Source: Dehalococcoidia bacterium (lineage in GTDB: Bacteria; Chloroflexota; Dehalococcoidia; UBA2979). From it: a stretch of DNA of 64,000 bases. A model generated the notes under the pieces. It worked only from the letters and a program-made list of their open reading frames with translations. It had not been told where the DNA came from and ran no database searches. This document shows positions 32,386-42,178 of this stretch, piece by piece (within the stretch, counting starts at the first letter, position 1; the number at the start of each line of letters is the position of its first letter). The position numbers and the translations under genes were made by a program. Where the stretch lies: the NCBI GenBank assembly GCA_965262725.1, contig OZ253555.1, positions 3,264,001-3,328,000 on the forward strand, written 5' to 3'.

Positions 32386-33987
32386 ATGATGGCCGCGCAG
32401 CCGCGGGGGTCCCCGATGCCGAGCAGCCCGTCTCCGAAGAACCTCGTCTGGCCGGTGGACCGCGGGGGCGGCATCCAGGCCAGCTGGGATCCCGACCAGC
32501 CGCACATGGAGGGCTCCGCGCAGCCCGCGCCCTACCACACGATCCATCTCCCGTACGAGCCCCTGACCACCCCGCGCATCGCCACCGACGACGAAGGCGT
32601 CCTCTACCCGGTCGCCGGCGATCTCCAGAAACGGCTCGCCGAGAGCTGGGAGTCGGCGGACGGCGATCGGACGTGGACCTTCCGGCTGCGCGCCGGACTG
32701 CTGAGCCATGCCGGCAACGAGCTGACCGCCGACGACGTGGCGTGGATGGTGGAGCGCGTCTTCGCGCTGCGCGGCGTCGGGCTCTGGCGATTGCGGCGCC
32801 TCGCCGGGATCAACGCCCCGTCGGACGTGGAGGCCCTCGACCGGCACACGGTGCGCTTCCGCCTCCGCGGCGCCAACTCGCAGTTCGCGGCGTACTTCGT
32901 CTTCGCGACGGGCAACGTCGTCGACTCGACGGAGGCCCGCCGCCACGCCACCGACGAGGATCCGTGGGCGACTGAGTGGCTCTCGAAGAACGCCTGCGGC
33001 TTCGGCCAGTTCTCCGTCGTGCGGCACGACGATCACGAGATCGAATACGCGGCCCGCGACGAACACTGGATGGGGCGCCCGGGGATCGACTCGATCGTGC
33101 AGGTCGGCGTCGACTCCCGCTCCGAGGCCCTGCGCATGCTCACCTCGGGGCACGCCAACATGGCGCTCGGCCTCTACCCGGAGGAGCTCGCGCGCTTCGA
33201 GGGTCGGCCGGAGTTCACGACGCGCCGCATGCGGGCCAACCACTCGACGCTCGAGTTCAACTGGGCCGAGCCGCCGTTCGACGATCAGAAGGTGCGCCAG
33301 GCCGTCTGCTACGCCCTTCCGTACGACCTCATTCTCGACTCCGTCTACGCCGGCCGCGCGCGGCGCAGCCACAGCCCGATCTGCTCCACCTCGGAGTTCC
33401 ACACCGCCGAGTTCGATCCCTACGTGTACGACCTCGAGCGCGCCCGGGGCCTGATGAGGGAGAGCGGCCAGCCCGACGGCTTCGACACGGAGCTGTGGGT
33501 GAAGGGCTCGTACGAGTGTCTGCGGCTCGCGCACATCGTCCGCAACTCCCTGGCGGCGATCGGGATCGGGGTCGAGGTGCGCCTGGACACGCGCGTCCCC
33601 TTCGGGACAAAGGTTCCGATGTGGATCAAGGAAGAATGCAGTCACGCCCTCTACGAGCCGATGTACGACGTCGCCCACGACTACGATCCGCCGCTCGGAA
33701 TGTGGGGCGGGAAGATTAACGTCGACCGGGAGTGGAGCACTCGGATCCGCGCCATCCACTCCGCGGACTCGGCGGAGCAGCCCCGGATCTACCGGGAGAT
33801 CCAGCGCGACCTGATGGAATTCGCGGCCTGCGCCCACATCGCCGAGATCGAGACCGGCTGGGTGTTCCGCGCCGATGTCGACCCGTGGGCGCTCGACCCG
33901 TCCTTCCTGGGCGCCGCCACGACCGTCTGGTCGGCGCACCGCCCGATACTCGGTCTGCGCGAGCTCGACGACGAGTACGAGTGGTAG
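32386..33987 (+). CDS. family 5 (peptide/nickel) substrate-binding-like protein with no evident signal peptide
   Basis: LAESWE...TWTFRLR, ADDV and PFDD.KVRQA motifs. Start at 32386 or 32416. Confidence 0.8.
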   Translation: MMAAQPRGSPMPSSPSPKNLVWPVDRGGGIQASWDPDQPHMEGSAQPAPYHTIHLPYEPLTTPRIATDDEGVLYPVAGDLQKRLAESWESADGDRTWTFRLRAGLLSHAGNELTADDVAWMVERVFALRGVGLWRLRRLAGINAPSDVEALDRHTVRFRLRGANSQFAAYFVFATGNVVDSTEARRHATDEDPWATEWLSKNACGFGQFSVVRHDDHEIEYAARDEHWMGRPGIDSIVQVGVDSRSEALRMLTSGHANMALGLYPEELARFEGRPEFTTRRMRANHSTLEFNWAEPPFDDQKVRQAVCYALPYDLILDSVYAGRARRSHSPICSTSEFHTAEFDPYVYDLERARGLMRESGQPDGFDTELWVKGSYECLRLAHIVRNSLAAIGIGVEVRLDTRVPFGTKVPMWIKEECSHALYEPMYDVAHDYDPPLGMWGGKINVDREWSTRIRAIHSADSAEQPRIYREIQRDLMEFAACAHIAEIETGWVFRADVDPWALDPSFLGAATTVWSAHRPILGLRELDDEYEW

Positions 33988-34024
33988 CGCGCCCTCGCGA
34001 GGCGCGCCGGCCGCGCGGCGGCCG

Positions 34025-35110
34025 TCACTCGCGGATCGGCCGATAGAGGCGGAAGCCGCGCTTCGCGATCCCCGCAGCGATCGGACCGTACGCGGGGCCC
34101 ATCGGATCCATGCTCCTCATCCGCATCGTCCCGCGCTGGATCATGATGTCGGCCGGAGCCAGCTCCGTCGCGCTCTCGAAGTGCCGCGCCGCCGCCTCGC
34201 TGCGCCCGCGCTCCCACAGCCACTGCCCGAGCGCGAACTCCGCGCGCGCCTGCTGCTCCCCGGCCGTCGGCAGCCGCTCCCGCATGAGCTCGCGCGCCCG
34301 CTCCTCGGAGGAGAGCGCCGGCGCCTCACCGCGGGCCCACGCGCGCACGCGCTCGAGATAGGCATCGGGATCGACCCGGACCAGCTTCGCGCCGCCGGGG
34401 TTCATGACCGCGACGTCGTTGGGGCGCGCGATCCGTCCCTCCTCGTCGATCCAGACGATCGTGGGGACGTTGAACATATTGTAGAGCTCGGGCACGCGGT
34501 GGTGCGTATCGATGACGATGGGGTAGCTCGCCCCGGCCGCCTCGATCCAGGGCAGCGCATCGCCGCGGTCGCGGTCGGCCATCACGCCGAAGACCGTGAA
34601 CGGCAGCGCCTCCGCCTCGGCCAGCTCGTGGTGGAGCGCCTGCCACACGGGCAGGTCCTCGCGGCAGCCTCACCAGGAGGCGTGAACGGCGAGGAGCACC
34701 TTCTTCCCGCGGTGATCGGAGATCCTGTGCAGCCGCCCGGCCGCATCGGGGAGTTCGACGTCGGGCGCCTCGAGGCGCGCCAGGGGCGCGGAGCGCTCGG
34801 CGACGGAGGCTCCGAGGGCCGCCGCCCCCTCGGCGAGGTCGACGACCAGCGGGCGGTCGAGCGCCTCGGCGAGCGCGACGAGGTCGAAGCCGTCATCGGT
34901 GGCGAGCGAGGCGGCATCTCGAACCGGGACGCAGAGGGGGCCGCGGCAGAGCCCCTCGGGCTGAAGCGTCCAGCCGAGCTCGCGGGCGACGGCCTCGGCC
35001 GGGAGGTACACCGATTCGCCGCCGACGGTCGCAGCGATCCGGACCTCGCGCGGGGCGGGACCGGCGCTCTCGCCGTCGAGCAGCGTGAGGAGCCCGGCAC
35101 CTGGCACCAT
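34025..35110 (-). CDS. probable selenoprotein: ResA/TlpA-like redoxin with HASW-U-GC motif
   Basis: ORFs 34670..35257 and 34025..34648 are in one frame, separated only by TGA (34670-34672) in ...HASW*GCREDLPVWQ. RBS GGAGGAG precedes ATG 35110 and a SECIS-like hairpin follows the TGA. Confidence 0.82.
34634..34660 (-). promoter_or_regulatory. candidate bacterial SECIS hairpin
   Basis: GAG-GA-CCTGCC-CGTGT-GGCAGG-CG-CTC. The apical loop starts 20 nt after the UGA and has G in its second position. Confidence 0.65.
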
Positions 35111-35259
35111 GTCGTCGCTCCTCCCGGCGGACCGCGCTCCGGCCCGCGCCGATGGTAGCGGCTCGGCGCCGATCGCGGGGGTGGCGCTGGCCATTTCGGA
35201 TGTTGTAGGGTCCACCCGAGCACCACCTCCGTGGTGCCTCGGAGAGGGGGGTTTCACCG

Positions 35260-36921
35260 ATGACAGAATGGCTTGTGCGCGGAGCGATCTCGAGGCGGAG
35301 CCTCCTGCGAGGCGGGGCGCTGGGGGGGCTCGGCCTCGCCACGGCCGCCGTGATCGGCTGCGGCGACGACGACGAGGAGGCGGCGGCGCCGGCGGCGACC
35401 CCGGTGGCCACCGTTGCGGCGGCCGCGACTCCGGAGCCGGCGAAGACGGCGACGCTGCGATTTGCAGCCACCAACCCGATTCCCACGCTGAGCCCGAACT
35501 CGACGGCAGCGAGCGAGTCCGATCTCCACGCCATCTACGACGCTCTCACGCGCCAGCACGCGAACGACACCGGCGGTGCCATCGAGCCGGGGCTCGCCAC
35601 CAGCTGGGAGACGCCGTCGGGCGACGGCCGGACGTGGGTCTTCAACCTGCGCGAGGCCGAGTGGTCGGACGGGACCAAGTTCACGGCCGAGGACGTGGCC
35701 TGGGTCCACGACTTCTACAAGAACCCGGACAGCCAGTCGCGACTGTTCTCGCGCGTCGGCACATATGAGTCCTCGAAGGTGATCGACGACCGGACGATCG
35801 AGATCACGACAGACTACGACCCCATCTTCCCGAAGCGCGAGGGGATCGTCTTCATCCTGCCGAAGCACATCTTCGAGGATGGCTCGATCGACGCCGAGGC
35901 ATTCATGGGGGAGACACCGGTCAGCACCGGCGCCTACATCGGCACGAACTTCCTGCAGGGGCAGCGTGTCGACCTCGTCCAGTCGCCGGCCACCTGGCAC
36001 ACCAACGGCGGCTTCACCAAGGTCGAGTACAACTGGCTCACGGAGACCACGACGCGCGTCGCGGCCTTCGAGACCAACGAGATCGACTTCATTCTCGGCG
36101 TTCCGGACATCGACACCGAGCGGGTCCGGGGCTTCAACAACGTGACCACCGGCGGATCGCCGGGCAACACCAACCGGGCGTGGGACTTCGCCAACATGCC
36201 CGACAAGGATCCGTCGCCGACCAACGACCCCCGCGTGCGTGCGGCGCTCAACCACGCACTCGACCGCGACGGGATCATCCGGACGGCGTACGGCGGCAAC
36301 GGGGTCCCTGCGAAGGACCAGCTGCTCGCGCAGGCGGTCTTCGGCCACCAGCCCGACTGGGCCGTGCCGGCCTACGACTCGGATCTCGCGCGTCAGTACC
36401 TCAGGGACGCCGGCTTCCCCAACGGCACCAACATTTCGATCGACGCGCAGATCCTGACCGCCGCGTCGGGGAAGCCGATTCTCGAGGCGACCATCGGACT
36501 CTGGGACGATGTCGGCGTCACGTCGGACGTCCGCACCATCGAGGTGAACGTCTGGCGCGACCGGCTCTACGGCCGGGCCACGGAGGGACGCCCCGGCGCC
36601 TTCCTGATGGGCTGGTCCTCGTTCCTCTACGAGGGGGCGCTCGCCCTCCAGTGGCACGAGAGCTCGAACCCGTACGGCCTCTGGGACAACCCGGAGTTCG
36701 ACCGGCTCTTCGAGGCCGTCAACAAGGAGGTCGACGGCGAGGAGCGCTTCAACCTCTACCGCCAGCTGATGGAGACGGAGCGGGTGGAGAACGGCGGGCC
36801 GTCGGCGTTCATGAACGGGTCGGACGGCACCATCGCCTGGTACCACACCGTGCTCGACAGCTCGAGCTACACCCCGTGGACGACGCCGACGATCTTCTTT
36901 TCGGAGGTGTCGCCGGCGTAG
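35260..36921 (+). CDS. family 5 ABC substrate-binding protein, Tat-exported lipoprotein
   Basis: SRRSLL twin-arginine motif, lipobox IGC, LATSWE, FTAEDV and DPRVRAALNHALDR. Confidence 0.9.
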   Translation: MTEWLVRGAISRRSLLRGGALGGLGLATAAVIGCGDDDEEAAAPAATPVATVAAAATPEPAKTATLRFAATNPIPTLSPNSTAASESDLHAIYDALTRQHANDTGGAIEPGLATSWETPSGDGRTWVFNLREAEWSDGTKFTAEDVAWVHDFYKNPDSQSRLFSRVGTYESSKVIDDRTIEITTDYDPIFPKREGIVFILPKHIFEDGSIDAEAFMGETPVSTGAYIGTNFLQGQRVDLVQSPATWHTNGGFTKVEYNWLTETTTRVAAFETNEIDFILGVPDIDTERVRGFNNVTTGGSPGNTNRAWDFANMPDKDPSPTNDPRVRAALNHALDRDGIIRTAYGGNGVPAKDQLLAQAVFGHQPDWAVPAYDSDLARQYLRDAGFPNGTNISIDAQILTAASGKPILEATIGLWDDVGVTSDVRTIEVNVWRDRLYGRATEGRPGAFLMGWSSFLYEGALALQWHESSNPYGLWDNPEFDRLFEAVNKEVDGEERFNLYRQLMETERVENGGPSAFMNGSDGTIAWYHTVLDSSSYTPWTTPTIFFSEVSPA

Positions 36922-36944
36922 GAGCGTCACAGACGACCACGCAC

Positions 36945-36975
36945 GGAAGGCCCGGGCCGGTAGCCCGGGCCTTCC
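36945..36975 (+). terminator. hairpin after SBP gene (terminator-like or stabilising)
   Basis: Perfect 13-bp stem GGAAGGCCCGGGC/GCCCGGGCCTTCC; lacks a U tract. Confidence 0.55.
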
Positions 36976-37054
36976 TGCATCTGCGCACCGCGCCCGAACG
37001 GCCCATGTCCGCTCACGGCGGCGCCGCGCCGCCTCGCGCCGAGAGGAGAGAGCG

Positions 37055-38683
37055 ATGATCCGCCCAGAGGCCGCCGACTACCAGGGCCACCGCGTGGTGG
37101 GGGCGCGGCTGGCGGAGCCGGTGCTCGACGATGAGATCGGCTTCCACTCCTCCGAGCGCGAGCGCCTGCTGCTTCCCCACTATCACGCGCTCGACCGCGC
37201 GCAGCTCGTCATGCTGGTCGAGCGCGGGCTCGTCACGCGTACTGACGGAGTGAGCATGGCGGCGGGGCTCCGCCGCTTCGTCGAGCCCGGGATCGAGGCG
37301 GGCTACATCTCAGTAGGCGCGGGAATGCACTCTGGCGAGGTCGCCCTCATCGCAGAGCTCGGCGAGGAGGTGGGCGGGCGCCTCGAGATCGGCCGCGCCT
37401 CCGGCGAAGTCGTGCAGGTGGCGTGGCGCCGGATGGAGGCCGCGGCGCTGCGCTCGCTGCTCCATACGCTCGCGGAGGCGCGCGCAGCAATCCTCGAGGT
37501 GGCGGCGGCGCACACCTCGAGCGTGATGCCTGGCTACACGCACAGCCAGCACGCACAGGTCGTGACGCTCGCGCACGTGCTGCTGGCGTGGGAGGCGGGG
37601 CTCGCCCGCTGCTTCGCACGGGGCGCGGAGACGCACGCCCGCGTCAACTGGAGCGCGGCCGGGAGCGGGAACATGAGCGGCAGCGACGCCCCGCTCGATC
37701 GGGCGCGCACGGCCGAGCTGCTCGGATTCGACGGACCGCTCGACAGTACGTACGACGCGATCCAGCACAACGATCACGCGATCGAGTGCCTCGGCCTGCT
37801 CGCCACGCTCGGATCTCTCGTCACGCGCTGGGCGCAGGACCTCTATCTCTACGGCTCGCAGGAGGTCGGTGTCCTTGAGCTACCCGACCGCTTCTGCGGG
37901 ACGAGCGCCCTCATGCCGCAGAAGAAGAACCCCCGCCTGCTGGAGTACCTGCAGGGCGCGTCGGCCTCGGCGCTCGGCGGCCTGGCCACGGCGCTGATGG
38001 TGGAGAAGACACCCTCGGGCGGCGCGATCGTCGAGCGCACCCTCTTCGTCGAGGCGCTCGCTCGGGGCTTTCGCGAGGCGGAACGCAATCTCGGATGGCT
38101 CGCCCTGGCCGTCTCGGAGTCGCAGTGGGACCTGGAGCGGATGCGCTCGCTCGCGCGCACGCACGGGGCGACGTCGAGCACGCTCGCCGCCGCGCTCGCC
38201 CGCGAACGCGGGTGGGCGTGGCGGACCGCGCACGAGGTCGTCGGCACCGCCGTGCGCATCGCGAGCGAGCGCGGCGTCGCGGCCGGCGACCTCACCCCCG
38301 CCCTCCTCGACGAGGCGTCGGAGCTCTACTGCGGGCAGCCGGCGGGGCTGAGCGCCGAGAGCGTCGCGAGCGCCCTCGATCCGCTGGAGGCGGTGAGGCG
38401 CCACGCCCTGCTCGGAGGACCGGCGCCGGAGGAGAGCATCCGGCTGCTCCCGGAGCGCCGCGCCGCGCTGGCCCGCGACCGGGAACGCCTCTCTCAGCTC
38501 ACCGCTCACGCGGAGTCGGCCGCACGGACGCTCGAGGCCACCTTCGATCGGGTCGCGCGGGGGGAGCCGTCCGGCCGCGCGAAGGGGCGCGCGCGCGCCA
38601 CGGGAGTCGCACACCCGGTACCCGCCGGGGCGTCGGACAAGAGCGCCGACGGCCGGCCAACGCCGCGCCCCGACCCCCCTTAA
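37055..38683 (+). CDS. argininosuccinate lyase-like protein (fumarase/ASL superfamily), divergent
   Basis: MPGYTH.QHAQ and signature variant GTSALMPQKKNP. Stop codon TAA lies in the IS1380 TSD. Confidence 0.8.
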   Translation: MIRPEAADYQGHRVVGARLAEPVLDDEIGFHSSERERLLLPHYHALDRAQLVMLVERGLVTRTDGVSMAAGLRRFVEPGIEAGYISVGAGMHSGEVALIAELGEEVGGRLEIGRASGEVVQVAWRRMEAAALRSLLHTLAEARAAILEVAAAHTSSVMPGYTHSQHAQVVTLAHVLLAWEAGLARCFARGAETHARVNWSAAGSGNMSGSDAPLDRARTAELLGFDGPLDSTYDAIQHNDHAIECLGLLATLGSLVTRWAQDLYLYGSQEVGVLELPDRFCGTSALMPQKKNPRLLEYLQGASASALGGLATALMVEKTPSGGAIVERTLFVEALARGFREAERNLGWLALAVSESQWDLERMRSLARTHGATSSTLAAALARERGWAWRTAHEVVGTAVRIASERGVAAGDLTPALLDEASELYCGQPAGLSAESVASALDPLEAVRRHALLGGPAPEESIRLLPERRAALARDRERLSQLTAHAESAARTLEATFDRVARGEPSGRAKGRARATGVAHPVPAGASDKSADGRPTPRPDPP

Positions 38684-38794
38684 CCCTGATCCACCGAAGA
38701 AGAGTGCGCGAGCGGCTGGGGTTGGGTGCTCCGCTGTAGCTGGGACAATGGTTTTTGACCGAATCACGTCACAGCCACAGGGAGCACCCATTCG

Positions 38795-40120
38795 ATGTTA
38801 GCAACGAGCAGCCCCGACCGGATACACATCGCCTTCGACGACGACCGCCTCGTGGACCACGCGGGCCTGCTGCTCCCGGCCACGCTCGCTGGCCGGCTCG
38901 GCCTCCGTGAACTGGCAGACGCCCACCTCGACCTCGGTGACGCAGCGGGGCGGGCGAACGTCGGCGACAAGCTGATGACTCTCATCGCCTCGGCGCTCGC
39001 GGGCGGCGACTGCATCGATGACGCCGATGCCATGCGCTCAGGCGGCGCCGGGCGCGTGCTCGGCTGCACGGTGAAGGCGCCGTCCACCCTCGGGACGTTC
39101 CTGCGCAGCTTCCGCTGGGGCCACGTCCGCCAGCTCGACCGCGTCAGCCGCGAGTTGCTGGCCCGCAGTTGGGCGGCCGGGGCGGGACCCGGCGCGGCAC
39201 CGTTCACGATCGACCTCGACTCGACGCTCTGCGAGACCTACGGACTGGCGAAAGAGGGCGCCCGGCACCACGGCTACACGGGCGTGCGCGGCTATCACCC
39301 GCTGCTCGCGGTGGCGGCCGGGACGGGTGAGGTGCTGATGGCCCGGCTGCGCGGGGGCCGTGCCAACACCGCTCGGGGGGCCGCCCACTTCCTGCGTGAG
39401 ACGGTGGGCCGGGTGCGCGACGCCGGGGCGAGCGGGCAGCTCACGGTGCGCGCCGACAGCGGCTTCTACAACCACGCTGTCGTCGCCGTCTGTCGCAAGC
39501 AGGATGTCCGCTTCTCCATCACCATTCGGCAGCAGCCGAACGTACGCCGGCTGATCGAGGCGATACCGGAAGAGGACTGGACGCCGATCCCGTACTGGCA
39601 GGACGACGGCGCCGCTGTCGCCGAGACGACCTACACGCCGTTCCAGCACACGAGGGACGCCACCGCGGTGCGGCTCATCGTGCGGCGCGTCAAGCCGACG
39701 CCCGGCTCACAGCTCGCGCTCTTCGTGAACTACAGTTACCACGCCTTCATCACCGATCGCGCGGGGGAGATGATGGAGCTGGAGGCCGACCATCGCCGTC
39801 ACGCCGAGATCGAGAACGCGATCCGCGACCTCAAGTACGGCGTCGGGTTGAACCATCTCCCCTCGGGCCGCTTCGCCGCGAACGCGGCGTGGCTCGCGGT
39901 GCAGGTGATCGCGCACAACCTCGCCCGCTGGACGGCACGCCTCGGGCTCGGCGAGGGGATCGTGACGACCAGGACGCTCAGGCGGCGCTACTTCTCTCTC
40001 GCCGGACGGCTCACCCACTCTGCCCGGCGGTGGACCCTGCACCTCCCGAAGCGCTGGCCCTGGGCCGGGCAGCTGGCAGCCGCGCTCGCGCGACTACGGG
40101 CGATACCGCTCCCGACCTGA
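38795..40120 (+). CDS. IS1380-family DDE transposase (near-identical to copy 1)
   Basis: 441 aa; an I/V difference (LDRIS versus LDRVS) is seen relative to copy 1. Confidence 0.93.
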   Translation: MLATSSPDRIHIAFDDDRLVDHAGLLLPATLAGRLGLRELADAHLDLGDAAGRANVGDKLMTLIASALAGGDCIDDADAMRSGGAGRVLGCTVKAPSTLGTFLRSFRWGHVRQLDRVSRELLARSWAAGAGPGAAPFTIDLDSTLCETYGLAKEGARHHGYTGVRGYHPLLAVAAGTGEVLMARLRGGRANTARGAAHFLRETVGRVRDAGASGQLTVRADSGFYNHAVVAVCRKQDVRFSITIRQQPNVRRLIEAIPEEDWTPIPYWQDDGAAVAETTYTPFQHTRDATAVRLIVRRVKPTPGSQLALFVNYSYHAFITDRAGEMMELEADHRRHAEIENAIRDLKYGVGLNHLPSGRFAANAAWLAVQVIAHNLARWTARLGLGEGIVTTRTLRRRYFSLAGRLTHSARRWTLHLPKRWPWAGQLAAALARLRAIPLPT

Positions 40121-40404
40121 CGCCCGCTCACAGCGCCGAACCGGAGCCGAAGCTCGCGCCAGCATGCCCGCCCACGCCTCGCGCACCCTCGCGCCCGCAC
40201 CCTCAGCGCCCCCGAGCGGTGCTGAGCGACGGCTCCTGGCTCCGGCCCGCCCCCGGCGCCGCCCGGCGAACGCCGACACACCCGTCGAACTCTCCGGCAG
40301 CCCGGCACCCCGCCTCGTCAAGCTTCGTTCGGTTCGCGGTAGGGATGCCGGTTGCCCGGCACCCCCCGCACAGATCCGGACGTGCCCTCTCGGGCATCCG
40401 GCTC

Positions 40405-41733
40405 CTACCTCAAGTGCGTGACGGCAAATCGCTCCGCAGGCCACGGGTGAAGGATGGAGATTCGGGGCCAGTGTCCCTGGCACAGGGCAAGGATGCGCTC
40501 CCACGTGAAACGGTCGCGCTGCGACCGCCGTCGGAGAACGCGCAGCCAGAGCCGCTTCACGAAACGGACAAACCGCGTGAGCGCCGGCGAGCTGGTCGGC
40601 ACCGCGTAGTAGCCAAGCCACCCACGCAGTACCCGCCCCAGCCACTGCCCCGTCGTCACGGGGTTGTCGTGCATGCGCCGCCACAACTCGGCCTTGATGA
40701 CCTTCAGCGTCCGGCGCATCCGCTTCGCAACGGGCTTGCGCCCCAGCCCGAATCTCCCGTCGCGTCGGGTCCGGCAGTAGTGCGTCATGCCGAGAAAGTC
40801 GAACGTTTCCGGTCGGCCCTCCCCGCGCTTCCGCCTGTTCGCCAGCGCGAACCTGCCGAACTCAAGTAGACGGGTCTTCTCCGGGTGCAGCTCCAGCCCG
40901 TAGGCCGCGAACCGCTCCCGGAGTGCCTCCATGAACCGCACCGCATCGCTGCGGTGCTGGAACCCCAGGACGAAGTCATCGGCATACCGCACGATGTACG
41001 CCTCGCCCCGGACCTCCCGCGGTCGCCACTCGCGCGCAAACCAGTCGTCGAGCACGTTGTGCAGGTACACGTTCGCAAGCAGCGGCGATATCGGCGCCCC
41101 CTGCGGCATCCCCCGCACGAAATCGACTTCCGGCTCCGCGTCCATGACGCCGACGCTCAGCCACTTTCGTATCAGGCGCAACACCCGCTGGTCCCCGATG
41201 CGCATCTCCAGAAACGACATCAGCCGCCCCCGGTCGATGCTGCCGAAGAACTCCCGGATGTCCACCTCGACAATCCAGCTGACCTTGCGCCGTTCGACCG
41301 CGTAGGCCAGTGCGTCCAGCGCGTCATGCGCCGAACGCCCCGGCCTGAAGCCATGCGAGAAGCCGTAGTAGCCCGACTCGTAAATCGGGTTCAAAAGATT
41401 GTCCACCACCGCCCGCTGAACGATCTTGTCCTCCAGCGAGACGATACCGAGCGGCCGTATTCCCCCGTCCGGCTTGGGTATCTCTACCCGCCTGACGGGC
41501 TTCGCCCGGTACGCTCCACGGTGTACGCGGCCATGCAGGTCGAGCAATCGCTCGTCCAGCCCGTCCCCGTATTCTCGCCACCTCACCCCGTCCACGCCCG
41601 GAGCCGCATCCCGCTTCAACGCGAGATACGCCTCCCGCAGCGCCTCCGGCGTGATGTGGTGCAAGAGCGCGGTGAGTTTCTCTCCCGGCTTCCGTTCCAC
41701 GAACTGCCGTATCCTCTCCGCTCCGGGTGACAC
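40405..41733 (-). CDS. ltrA: group II intron reverse transcriptase/maturase, no endonuclease domain
   Basis: APGVDG, IPKPDGG.RPLGI, GFRPGRSAHDA, PQGA.ISPLLAN.YLH, RYADD and FDFLG motifs. Confidence 0.95.
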   Translation of the reverse strand: MSPGAERIRQFVERKPGEKLTALLHHITPEALREAYLALKRDAAPGVDGVRWREYGDGLDERLLDLHGRVHRGAYRAKPVRRVEIPKPDGGIRPLGIVSLEDKIVQRAVVDNLLNPIYESGYYGFSHGFRPGRSAHDALDALAYAVERRKVSWIVEVDIREFFGSIDRGRLMSFLEMRIGDQRVLRLIRKWLSVGVMDAEPEVDFVRGMPQGAPISPLLANVYLHNVLDDWFAREWRPREVRGEAYIVRYADDFVLGFQHRSDAVRFMEALRERFAAYGLELHPEKTRLLEFGRFALANRRKRGEGRPETFDFLGMTHYCRTRRDGRFGLGRKPVAKRMRRTLKVIKAELWRRMHDNPVTTGQWLGRVLRGWLGYYAVPTSSPALTRFVRFVKRLWLRVLRRRSQRDRFTWERILALCQGHWPRISILHPWPAERFAVTHLR

Positions 41734-41844
41734 CGCACCCCGACTCTGCGTCCGGACCGTGCCGGTGCTTTGAGGATTCCTCTCGGTTGGGGCCCTTTGC
41801 TCCAGCGACTCCGCCGGGGCTCGCGCCCCCTTCTATGAGGGTCG

Positions 41845-42178
41845 TCTGATCCGCAAGGCCGACGTGGCGGCCTTCTGCACCGTTCTACCGATCGCGCCTC
41901 CCGTCCGCAGCCCTGTGGTGGTTGTCGGTGCCGATGCGAGTGGTGCCGCCGTCTTGTCCCCGGGACGTTGTGGTGACCGTGCTTCTATTCGCACTCGTCG
42001 AGGGGCCGCTCCGGGCCCGGTGCATGATGATCAGCCTGTCTCCAGGGTGTGGGCGCTGCCATCTTGTTCCCGTCCTCGTTGGGACCAGGGGGTTCCGCAG
42101 TCGCCCGCGTGTCGGCATCTCTCGTATCCTCCGAAGCCCACCGGCCGCCCGGTCGCCTCGCTCCTCGCGTGCTGTCTG
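41845..42178 (-). ncRNA. candidate bridge/seekRNA region of the IS1111-type element
   Basis: Carries CCCCCT-hairpin-GAACAAG matching the target site and TCATC-hairpin-ATAGAAG matching the circle junction. Exact RNA ends unknown. Confidence 0.7.

Noticed and set aside
34670-34672. Nonsense mutation making the redoxin a pseudogene
   Set aside because: The TGA lies exactly at the redox-active position and is followed by a SECIS-like hairpin, so Sec is more parsimonious.
40405-41733. Reverse transcriptase as a retron, DGR or defence RT
   Set aside because: It sits within clear group II intron DV/DVI and DI structure with defined exons.
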